IMG/VR virus record: IMGVR_UViG_3300028914_000059
Span: 96,001-160,000 of that record
From: a virus
Taxonomy: Duplodnaviria > Caudoviricetes
DNA length: 64,000 nt
Direction: 5' to 3' (one strand)
In this document: positions 55,125 to 63,800 of the stretch, one piece after another
Numbering within the stretch: position 1 is the first letter of the stretch
How the letters are laid out: each line of letters starts with the position of its first letter
Notes under the pieces: model-generated
The model's database searches: none
Seen by the model: the letters and a program-made list of their open reading frames with translations, nothing else
What the model was told of the DNA's origin: nothing
Made by a program: the position numbers and the translations under genes

Positions 55125-55442
55125 ATGAACAGTGAACAATTAGAAAAACTGAAACATATGCGATGCAAACTTATGGGTATGCTGTGTGATCTTGATGACA
55201 CCCTTGAGGAAGAATCCAAGACCGGTAGCGTATCTATGGTTACAATAAAGGCTGTCAGTAAGATTCTTGCTTCTATACATTATATAGAAGAAATGCAGGA
55301 AATACATGACACACGTGAGGAAGATGCCGAAATAGCTGTAAGCGTGGCTGCTGTAAAGGCAGCCGGTATAGCTGATGTTGAAGCACCTATGGAAGACAAG
55401 AAGGACACATCTCACGTAAAGCGTATTGTTGTAAATAAGTAA
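55125..55442 (+). CDS. Cassette protein 5
   Basis: GGAGG RBS before MNSEQL. Confidence 0.65.
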   Translation: MNSEQLEKLKHMRCKLMGMLCDLDDTLEEESKTGSVSMVTIKAVSKILASIHYIEEMQEIHDTREEDAEIAVSVAAVKAAGIADVEAPMEDKKDTSHVKRIVVNK

Positions 55443-55463
55443 CAAGTATTCGGTATAAGTTAT

Positions 55464-55560
55464 ATGTGCAGGAAAGATTAACCATCTTTTCTGCACATTC
55501 TGTTTTACTCTTTTAGGGAGAAAAGATTATGAATTTCTCATAAGCTTTCTCCCTTTTTTT
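55464..55560 (+). ncRNA. Putative small RNA (hairpin - single strand - terminator)
   Basis: GGTATAAG 55452; 15-bp hairpin; U/C-rich linker; terminator + T-run; no ORF. Confidence 0.55.
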
Positions 55561-55702
55561 AACTTCGAATTTTAAGATATTTTTTAGCTGGTAATGGTAT
55601 AAGATTTGTATTATTATATAGCCTGGCCTCAGGATTTTCCGGACATTTAAGGAGGCTGTCCACACTAACCGGAGACCAGGTAATCCAACTAAGGAGATTA
55701 TA

Positions 55703-55975
55703 ATGTTTGTGAAAACCGAGGAGCCACCAAAAAAGTGCTCCAGATGTGATAAGTATGAAGCATTGTTTCACGATGATACATACTATGGATTCAAATGCAA
55801 CTCCCTGACTTCAGGGCGTGGCACTTTAGACAAAAATCTTGGTAGATTGAAAGAATGCCCGATGATTGCCGGTAGGGCCTACAGCAAGGATGGCCCCAGA
55901 CCTAAGAAGGAAGATTTGGAATGGCATAAGCTCAGACCTACCAGAAGTCCATACAAGCCGAGGAGGCCGAGATGA
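55703..55975 (+). CDS. Cys-rich hypothetical protein
   Basis: P..CxxC...C...CP family, also 57044..57319. Confidence 0.7.
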   Translation: MFVKTEEPPKKCSRCDKYEALFHDDTYYGFKCNSLTSGRGTLDKNLGRLKECPMIAGRAYSKDGPRPKKEDLEWHKLRPTRSPYKPRRPR

Positions 55976-56571
55976 AAAAGAAACTTGTTAAAATCTATGT
56001 AGTCATAGATGTGCAGAATGACTATATAGCTGAAAGCACAGCTGCGGAACATGCTTATAAATCTATATTGCGCAGGCTTAACAGAATTGAAGAAAAGCGA
56101 AAAGCTGATACCTATGTAGTGCTGGTTAATACTGCAGCTTTTCCGGAAGAGCCTGAAGACGAAGATGCAGAAGTTATAATGCCTAAGTGTGCATATGGCA
56201 CAGAAGGCCAGGATATCCCGAAAGCCCTCGACAGAGTTATCAGGAACTTCAATTCCAATCAGAGGTTATTGAATATAATAACCAAGATGACTCATGGAAG
56301 TCCTATGGTAGCAGCCACAGTAAAGGATCTCTGCACTGACAAGGATGCTTCTGTGGAAATAGAACTCATGGGTCTGAACGCAGAGACTTCTCTGGTTGCC
56401 AATGCAATAATGTTAGGTGCAGCTTTCCCATGGGTGCCCATATACGTAGAAAATCACAGAATATGTGGCAAGGATCCGGAACATCTGGAAGCAGCAATTA
56501 AAGTTATGGAAAGCTGTGGTGTTCAGTGGCGTGATGAAGTGGAGAGTGAAGAATGTCCAAACGAGGAATAA
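55972..56571 (+). CDS. Isochorismatase/nicotinamidase-fold protein, catalytic residues altered
   Basis: VVIDVQNDY, C.YGTEG, K, GLNAETSLVANA. Confidence 0.75.
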   Translation: MKKKLVKIYVVIDVQNDYIAESTAAEHAYKSILRRLNRIEEKRKADTYVVLVNTAAFPEEPEDEDAEVIMPKCAYGTEGQDIPKALDRVIRNFNSNQRLLNIITKMTHGSPMVAATVKDLCTDKDASVEIELMGLNAETSLVANAIMLGAAFPWVPIYVENHRICGKDPEHLEAAIKVMESCGVQWRDEVESEECPNEE

Positions 56572-57047
56572 TCACAGATATTGATGCCTTCAGCAGGAAG
56601 CTGAGACATATTATCAGCATTCACAAGGAAAAGACCGGTAAGTCTGCATTTCAGATGTCTAAGGACATCTATATGGATCCGGCCTACTTTAACAGGCTCA
56701 AGAACGGTAAAGTCAGGCCGGGCAGCGAAATAATCAAGAGACTGGCTACTTACTTCGGAGTTTCCGAAGATGTATTTCTGGAAAAGGAGAATGAATCCAT
56801 GGGTAGAAATGTTGTGTTGAGCGAAGCTGACCTGAAAACTCTGGTTCAGAACTTCAGAGAAGCTCTAAGAAAGAAGCAGGACAAGTTCACTTCCCCATAC
56901 TCCAAAGATCCGGATCATCCTCTGGAATTCGTAACAGGTTACTGCTATTATCTGCTTAAGTATCTTGAAAGTCAGTATGGTATCAAGCTGCTTACAGCAG
57001 AAGATGACGATATGTACAAGAAAAGGATTGGAGCTGATAAACAGTGA
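56553..57047 (+). CDS. XRE-family HTH protein
   Basis: SAFQMSKDI...YFNRLKNGKVRP...LATYFGVS. Confidence 0.8.
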   Translation: MSKRGIITDIDAFSRKLRHIISIHKEKTGKSAFQMSKDIYMDPAYFNRLKNGKVRPGSEIIKRLATYFGVSEDVFLEKENESMGRNVVLSEADLKTLVQNFREALRKKQDKFTSPYSKDPDHPLEFVTGYCYYLLKYLESQYGIKLLTAEDDDMYKKRIGADKQ

Positions 57048-57319
57048 CTAGAGTCAAACAGATATATGTTCATCCTTTTCCGGCCAACTGTAAGTGCTGT
57101 CCCTTTTATGAAGATGAAGCCTACTTCTTTGGCCTTCTGAAAACAGGAAGATACTTCTGTCACGCACAGGATCATGAGTTTGCTTTCAGATATACTCCAA
57201 ATGCGGATTACGATTGGCAGATAGGTCATCCTGAATATGATGATTCAAGGTTGCCCAGTTGTCCATTGAAAAAGTGGGACTGGAAATTATTAAAAGAAAG
57301 GGAGGTAGAACAACAATGA
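57044..57319 (+). CDS. Cys-rich hypothetical protein
   Basis: PANCKCCPF...C...RLPSCPL. Confidence 0.7.
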   Translation: MTRVKQIYVHPFPANCKCCPFYEDEAYFFGLLKTGRYFCHAQDHEFAFRYTPNADYDWQIGHPEYDDSRLPSCPLKKWDWKLLKEREVEQQ

Positions 57320-57528
57320 AACGCTGGGTAACAGTATTGTGTTATAATAAAAACGGTCAACCAGCATTCGAGCGCACAAATGTGTTTGCAGCAGATGACT
57401 ATGACGATGCTTGTCACAAAGGCGAAGCACTGCTGGATGAAAACTATCCATTGGCAGTCAGAGACGGTTATAATAACTGGACTCTGGATGTAGATGCTTT
57501 GATGACAGAAGCAGCCAGAATAGGTTGA
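57316..57528 (+). CDS. Hypothetical protein
   Basis: GGAGG RBS, ATGA overlap. Confidence 0.6.
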   Translation: MKRWVTVLCYNKNGQPAFERTNVFAADDYDDACHKGEALLDENYPLAVRDGYNNWTLDVDALMTEAARIG

Positions 57529-57581
57529 TAGGTGGTGGGGAGAGTTATTTTCTCCCCATTATTTTTAATTGGAGATATAAT

Positions 57582-58193
57582 ATGGAAAAAGAGAATTCTG
57601 TAACTAAGGTGTTAAAACCTAGTGGCTGGTGTATAACACCTGTGCATGATAATGACTACATTGATTGCTTACGGGTTACTGTAACAGATGTTATGGGACT
57701 TAAGTATTTTAAGAAAGCCTGCGAAGCAACTTCCGGTAAACCTATTCCTGAAGACAGAGTACTTCCCCTGCTCAGGAAAATGTATAAAGCTGAGCATTCT
57801 CCTATAAGGGAACGGAAGTTCTGGGTAGAGGTAAAGAACTGCCCAACTTTTGTAGCTAACCACTTCAGAACACATAATGTGGGCGTGGAACATTTCCACC
57901 TGAGTCACAGGAGTGATAGAACAGGAGTTAAAGATCAGGAAAGCAACAGACTTACTCCCACGTCCTTCAGTTTCATGTGTAATGCTCAGAGCCTTATCAA
58001 TATGGCCAGAAAAAGGTTGTGCCATAAAGCCAGCCCGGAAACCAGAGATGTAATGTGGCTGATAAAGCAATGCCTGCTGGATGGAGTAGATTTCCCTCTT
58101 GGAGAATTGCTGGTACCGGAGTGTGACTATCGTAAAGGATGTAATGAATTGAAATCCTGTGGTAGATATGATAATAATGGAGGCAGAAATTAA
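57582..58193 (+). CDS. thyX: Flavin-dependent thymidylate synthase
   Basis: AEHSPIRE, FVANHFRTH, SHRSDR, NAQSLIN..RKRLC.KAS.ETR, LVPEC.Y..GC.E...CG. Confidence 0.85.
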   Translation: MEKENSVTKVLKPSGWCITPVHDNDYIDCLRVTVTDVMGLKYFKKACEATSGKPIPEDRVLPLLRKMYKAEHSPIRERKFWVEVKNCPTFVANHFRTHNVGVEHFHLSHRSDRTGVKDQESNRLTPTSFSFMCNAQSLINMARKRLCHKASPETRDVMWLIKQCLLDGVDFPLGELLVPECDYRKGCNELKSCGRYDNNGGRN

Positions 58194-58572
58194 TGGAAAC
58201 CGTGCTTAGTAATTTCGTGAATATGTTGAACAATAACATGCAATCTTATATAACATATCTGTATGTGCATGAACTTTGTGAGACTTTCGTAATACTGATG
58301 TTTGTAGGGCCGTTAATGTATTTTGCATGCAAACTGCTGAACAAAGCAATTAATGAGTTTAAATAAGGAGTTTATTATGGATAGCTATGAAAAACTGGAA
58401 GGCAGAATTAAGGATGTTATTCGCAGTATAGATGTTATGCTGGGTGATAACATCAACTACGTAGGAGAAGGTGGCAATCCAGGCTATCCTACACCTTATG
58501 AAGCAGGTGCCATATGTGCCTGCAGAAATATTCAACGAATGCTTAAACAGGTATTAGAAGGAGACACAACAA

Positions 58573-58842
58573 ATGCAGGCAAAGATAGTCAAAAGACCGA
58601 TATCAGGTCCTAGTCAGATAAGCACGGACGGATTCATCTGTCCGTATTGTCATTCTATCGAGGGAGAATATCCTGAAGATTTCGGACACGGACGTAAGTT
58701 TACAGAACTCGACACCGTCGGAACAGCTACACATAAGTGTTCCTGCTGCGGCGGTTCTTATCAGGTCATCATGGCCAGAACTATGACTATACATACATAT
58801 GGCGTGGAGGAAGGCGATGGGAAGACTGAAAATATACGCTAA
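58573..58842 (+). CDS. Zinc-ribbon hypothetical protein
   Basis: CPYC...CSCC. Confidence 0.65.
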   Translation: MQAKIVKRPISGPSQISTDGFICPYCHSIEGEYPEDFGHGRKFTELDTVGTATHKCSCCGGSYQVIMARTMTIHTYGVEEGDGKTENIR

Positions 58843-59479
58843 TCGTGTTCGGTGCAAAAAGTGTGGCGAAGTTATAGAAAGCAGATCAGTACATGACTTT
58901 AAACAGTGTCGCTGTGGAGCTATCTATACAGATGGCGGACTCGATTATATCCGCAGAGGCGGTGACCCTGACCAGATGGAAGACTACAGTCTGACTACCG
59001 AAGGTAAGAAATTAGGTGCTTACCCATCAGAGTACTGGTATGATTTTAAACCTGTGCATACATGGGAGTACAAGGTGAAACTACAGCCTGGAAAAAATGA
59101 CTGTCACCCATTTACTGATGAGGGCGAAAACCCTTATCTGATGGTAAAGATAGAGTCTTACGACAGGGACGCAATGCCTCGGGCTGTGGAATTGAAGTCC
59201 ATAATATTAGATAACATCAGATGCGAAGATGGGAAATATCATGAGACTAAAAAAGAGAACTGGAAAATGGAAAAACAGTTCAAGAATGATATCAGAGTAT
59301 ATCCCACATGTCATTACCCAGCCAGAATAAGAGTCTGGGGAGCTGATGACGAATCATACACAGCAACAAAACCCTGTCCTGATGAATGTCTGGTTATGCT
59401 ATATAATATGAGAGACATAGTAGCAGAAGGCGGGAATCTCTGGGATTATCTCATAGACAATATGGTACACACTAACTAA
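58817..59479 (+). CDS. Protein with N-terminal Cys/His zinc domain
   Basis: NRVRCKKCGEVIESRSVHDFKQCRCGAIYTDGGLDYIRRGG, a common phage domain. Confidence 0.75.
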   Translation: MGRLKIYANRVRCKKCGEVIESRSVHDFKQCRCGAIYTDGGLDYIRRGGDPDQMEDYSLTTEGKKLGAYPSEYWYDFKPVHTWEYKVKLQPGKNDCHPFTDEGENPYLMVKIESYDRDAMPRAVELKSIILDNIRCEDGKYHETKKENWKMEKQFKNDIRVYPTCHYPARIRVWGADDESYTATKPCPDECLVMLYNMRDIVAEGGNLWDYLIDNMVHTN

Positions 59480-59551
59480 AGTTAAGGCCCTCCTTTCGGT
59501 ATAAGTTATCTGTAGGCAAACAGATACACTTTATTTAAAGGAGGGGCTATT

Positions 59552-59794
59552 ATGAGACGCAGCCCAGAAGTGTATCCATTCAAGCTCAGCGATATGGGAA
59601 TGCCCTTGGAGGGCAAGCCCAAAGAAATTGTTGAGCTATTTATTAGCTTTGCCAACAAAATAGGTAAAGCTATAGAGAGGGAGTTGACAGAATCAGCTCC
59701 TTCTAAGAAAGAGTTCTTTCAGAATTGGGAAAGAGCCCGTAAATGGTATAGAGAAGCCAGGCGAGCTAAAAAGTTTTTGAAAGAACATTACTGA
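59552..59794 (+). CDS. Hypothetical protein
   Basis: AAGGAGG RBS, GGTATAAG promoter 59498. Confidence 0.7.
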   Translation: MRRSPEVYPFKLSDMGMPLEGKPKEIVELFISFANKIGKAIERELTESAPSKKEFFQNWERARKWYREARRAKKFLKEHY

Positions 59795-59804
59795 TGCATG
59801 CCTG

Positions 59805-59936
59805 GGGAGCAGCTCCTTTAGAGTGACCTCTACAAGCGGTCGGAACTCTGGACAAGGAACTGCTCCCTTGTCATATTTAATCACCTTCATTAGAGGGGGC
59901 CAATAGAGATATCTCTATCGGTCTCCTCTCTTTTTA
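59805..59936 (+). ncRNA. Putative 3'-UTR small RNA with anti-initiation-region linker
   Basis: Long hairpin GGGAGCAG/CTGCTCCC, linker TTGTCATATTTAATCACCTTCATT, terminator AGAGGGGGCC/GGTCTCCTCT + T-run. Confidence 0.6.
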
Positions 59937-59996
59937 TTTCATATTTTTAGGTATAAGTGAATTGTTCCGGAACTTAAATATATAAAGGAGGCAAAA

Positions 59997-60188
59997 ATGG
60001 AAGGAACAATAATAAACAAGGCCTTGGCCAAGAGATTTGAAAATAGTACTCTGGGGGATATTCTATTCAGTAACGCGAAGTCTGTAAAAAAACATATCAG
60101 CTCAGAATATAGACCTAAGGCACCCAGATGGTTTCAACGCCATCAAAGTAAACGAATAGCTGAAGGCTTTAAAGTTCCCAACGAATAA
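59997..60188 (+). CDS. Hypothetical protein
   Basis: AAGGAGG RBS, promoter 59950. Confidence 0.65.
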   Translation: MEGTIINKALAKRFENSTLGDILFSNAKSVKKHISSEYRPKAPRWFQRHQSKRIAEGFKVPNE

Positions 60189-60244
60189 GGACGTCAGGGC
60201 GGGAGTTTATTTCCTGCCCTTATTTTTTACATAAGGAGTGACAT

Positions 60245-60790
60245 ATGTCAGCAATAGTTAGTACTAATCCATGTGCGACAGAGCGATGCCCACGTTGTGG
60301 TGCAGGTCCCGAGAATATTTTTATTACCTCGGTAGAATTGGAAGAGACCGACCCACTGGTCTCATATTTTAAACATTTTGTAGATTTACATGGCTGCAAG
60401 AAATGTAAATTTACATGGGCAGAAAATGAAGCTTGTTATACGACAAGTCAGGTAGCCCAGTTTCTTATGAACAGCTTTGTATCTCAGGTTAAGGAAGAGC
60501 TTAGTAATCGAGTTCAGACGCAGGTGTGGTTTGATGAAGTTACGAAATTGCTAAAGAAAGAAAAAGTATTACCGGCCACATATGCTTTTGATAAAGCTAA
60601 AGGCTATGCTGAAAATTACCTGGATCTGCTTATAAAAGTCAATGACTTTATAACCAGTTCCAGTAGAGAAGAGTTGCTCGACCTGTATCAGGCATGGGCA
60701 ATATATATGGAAGAACCACCAGAAGTGGTACCGGATGTTGATTCATTATCGGATCCATCTACTACTGACAAGGTTCTAATCGACGATTAA
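60245..60790 (+). CDS. Zinc-ribbon hypothetical protein
   Basis: CPRCG...CKKC..TW. Confidence 0.75.
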   Translation: MSAIVSTNPCATERCPRCGAGPENIFITSVELEETDPLVSYFKHFVDLHGCKKCKFTWAENEACYTTSQVAQFLMNSFVSQVKEELSNRVQTQVWFDEVTKLLKKEKVLPATYAFDKAKGYAENYLDLLIKVNDFITSSSREELLDLYQAWAIYMEEPPEVVPDVDSLSDPSTTDKVLIDD

Positions 60791-60802
60791 GGAGGAAAAC
60801 TG

Positions 60803-63800
60803 ATGGATTCAAATGAATTCATGGATAGGTGGAATAACAGACCTAATATAGAGTCAGACTCAGTAATTAGTCTGGCAAAATTTATGTCAGAAATGGATAA
60901 CAAGACAGAAGAAGTAGTTACGGCGATAGATCCTAAGGTAACAACACTTCAGTCATCAAAGGCTGTAGCTGATTTTGTCCTGGACGTTAAGGCTTCAGAC
61001 AGTTGGATAGAACCTATAGGGATAGCTTTATCCAAAGGTCGTGACAAGTTCATAGAAACCTGGAGAGCTTACGTATCAGCCTGTTCTGATATAACAGAAG
61101 AAATATCTGATATATTACCGGACAGTGCTGCTGATAATCTTAACGCTACTATAGCTGCCCTGATGGAAAAACATGGTCAGGCTAAAAAAGATACACCGGT
61201 TACTGATAATCTGTGTACTCTGTTCATTAAGAACTGCTGGGCTGGCTGTTCCCCTGAAATATGTAAAGCCGTAGATAAGATATATCTTAGCACTGGTAAT
61301 ATGACCAAGACAGCTTTCAAAGCATTGAACCGGGCAGTATATGATGCATTTCTGGCAGCCTCAAATATGCCATCTGAAAGCATAGTCAAGAGAATAGACT
61401 TTGGCAATGCAAACTGTAGGAGGGGCATCATAAACCAGACTCCGGTAGATATTCCAGGAGTAGGTTCTGTGAAGACTGTTGCAGCTTACAGACATACAAT
61501 AAGTAATCTCGGAATGGATGAGGTTCAAAAAAATATCCATAATGCTACTGTCCATGACGGTTATCTTGTGTGGCTGGAAGACAGCAGATGCAAAGCACAC
61601 ACTTTACTGCATCTAGGGAAAGCCCCGGACAGTGGCATAATAGTTCATACGACTTCTGACTATTATCACGCCTCGACAGCTTCCAGCAGTATTACAAAAC
61701 CTCAGAAAAGCAAAAAAGAGCTTGAGGAACGTATGAAGGAAGTACGAGCTGAGATAACCGGCCAGGTCGCAGGAGTAAACTGGGATAAGATGTCCACTAT
61801 ACTGAATGTTCTGGAAGAAATGGTGGATGATACTCTCACCAGCATAATTCGTGAGGTTATCAGACCTGACCATGCAATAGAAGATCTAGTCAGTATATTC
61901 TTCCATCTATATGCTGATGGGACTATTCTTCGTGCTGGCTATATGCCAACTAACAAGAGAAAAATACCGGATCTGGAAAAGAACCCATTCTGTGAACTGT
62001 TCCAGAGAGGTCTCTGCATTCCAATAAACTCCAACGGTCAGCAGATAGACAGAAACAGTATAGTAAAATCTATTATAGGTCTGTTGATAACTCCTGTTGA
62101 TAAACTCAGAGTTGGTGCCGGTGACGTTATAGGACTGAAGCATATCGAAGATGTGGCTGAGCTTGTGAAGGTTCCAGTCAATACTGTAAGAGCTGCAGCT
62201 TTCCTGTTCGGTGTGACATATTATGATTCACTGGTGTGTTCCAGAGATACCGACACAGAAGGTGGCTCATGGGGTGCAGACAGTAAATATAAATATTCAC
62301 AGGCAGTAAAATTCAATGTCGGGCTTACCAATGTAATAAAAAGTAGTGGCTTCATGGATTTGATAGCTGAAGGTATAGAAAAATCCTTTAACCTGCTGAT
62401 AGCTGCATTGAATCAGGTAATATTCCTTCCGGAAAAGTTACCAAGATCTCATGGTATAGCTCTCAGAAGAACCCTGATGTCATTTCCTGAACTGTTGATG
62501 TTTAATGTTCCTGAACTGCTCAAGACTACTCTTCATAGTGTAATATCTCCAGCAATGGGTATATTGAAGGATATAGGATTAAAGGCAGCAGCTGAAATTG
62601 CAGCTTCTGATATGGCGGCTACTTCAAGAAAGTACAGAATCTTGTTCGGACTCAGTAATGAGCTTGTTCATCTAGTAATCCGTCAGAACAGAAGGGATGC
62701 CGGCTGGGAAGAATCTATGAATGCAGCGATTCCATATGCAAGTATGGCAGCACAATTCAAGCACGGTACTTCATTTCCTATAAACTTCAAGATATATGAA
62801 GATGAACCAAGTAAAAACCTGTCTTTGTTACGAGGGACAAGATACCCGGATCAGGAGCAGGAAACAACTGATTCAGTCATAGATCAGATGGCTCGCCATG
62901 ACACACCACCTAAGCTGGAATTTACCAATGCATCCAACACAGCTTTGAATATGTTCGGTATGGTGTCCAAGATTGCGTCTAACCTCAAAGCATTCTATAC
63001 TAAGGTTGAAAGCGAAATAGTCAAGAATGTTGAGGATGAACAGCAGAAAAAGGCCTTCCACGAAAGGATATGGAGTATGTATCCTGCAATGGAAACAAAA
63101 CCGGTACTTATCATAAACGATACTATTGGGAATCTGATGTTCAGTACTCACTATGGTGGTATTATCCAGAAGGCTGATAGGCTTGTTCTTGAAAAAGAAT
63201 ACTGCAGAGCAAGAGCTGCTTTGGAAAGTGCATACTATATAGTAGCAAACAGCAGACCTCTGGTTCCAGCGGAATTACCTGACAAGGACAAGCTCTGGGA
63301 AGACTTTATTGATGATAGATGTGTTGTAACGGATGCTATGCGTAATGCCATCAACAGTAACAAGAAGATGGTAAAGCCAAGTCTGGAATCAGGCTTTGGA
63401 TGCAAAACATTCATTGCACGCAGAAGAAATCATCAGACATTCAACCAGGCAGCTAATCGTTTCTGCACGGAACTGGCAAGGGCTTACGGACATCTTCCCC
63501 GATTAGGCTTCCCGTTCCAGGTTGTAAATGATCCGATTGTTGAACTGGATAAAATATATAGTCGGATGACGGATTCATATTCTGCTGTAATGACTATAGC
63601 CGGACCTGATGCTACCAGCCTAGGCAGACTTCCGGAAATATGGGCTCAGGAAGAAGGGGGTCCTCGTGTTGCTATGATTCCTGATCTTGAAATAGTAGAT
63701 ATGACATATAGCAACGAAATACTAGAAGGCAGAATAAATGCTGAATCACACATAGAATCTCCCAGAACACAGAACAGGGACACTATACTTGTAGGTCTGA

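Noticed and set aside
61177-63151. - strand ORFs in the right end
   Set aside because: Shadows of the continuous + strand ORF starting at 60803
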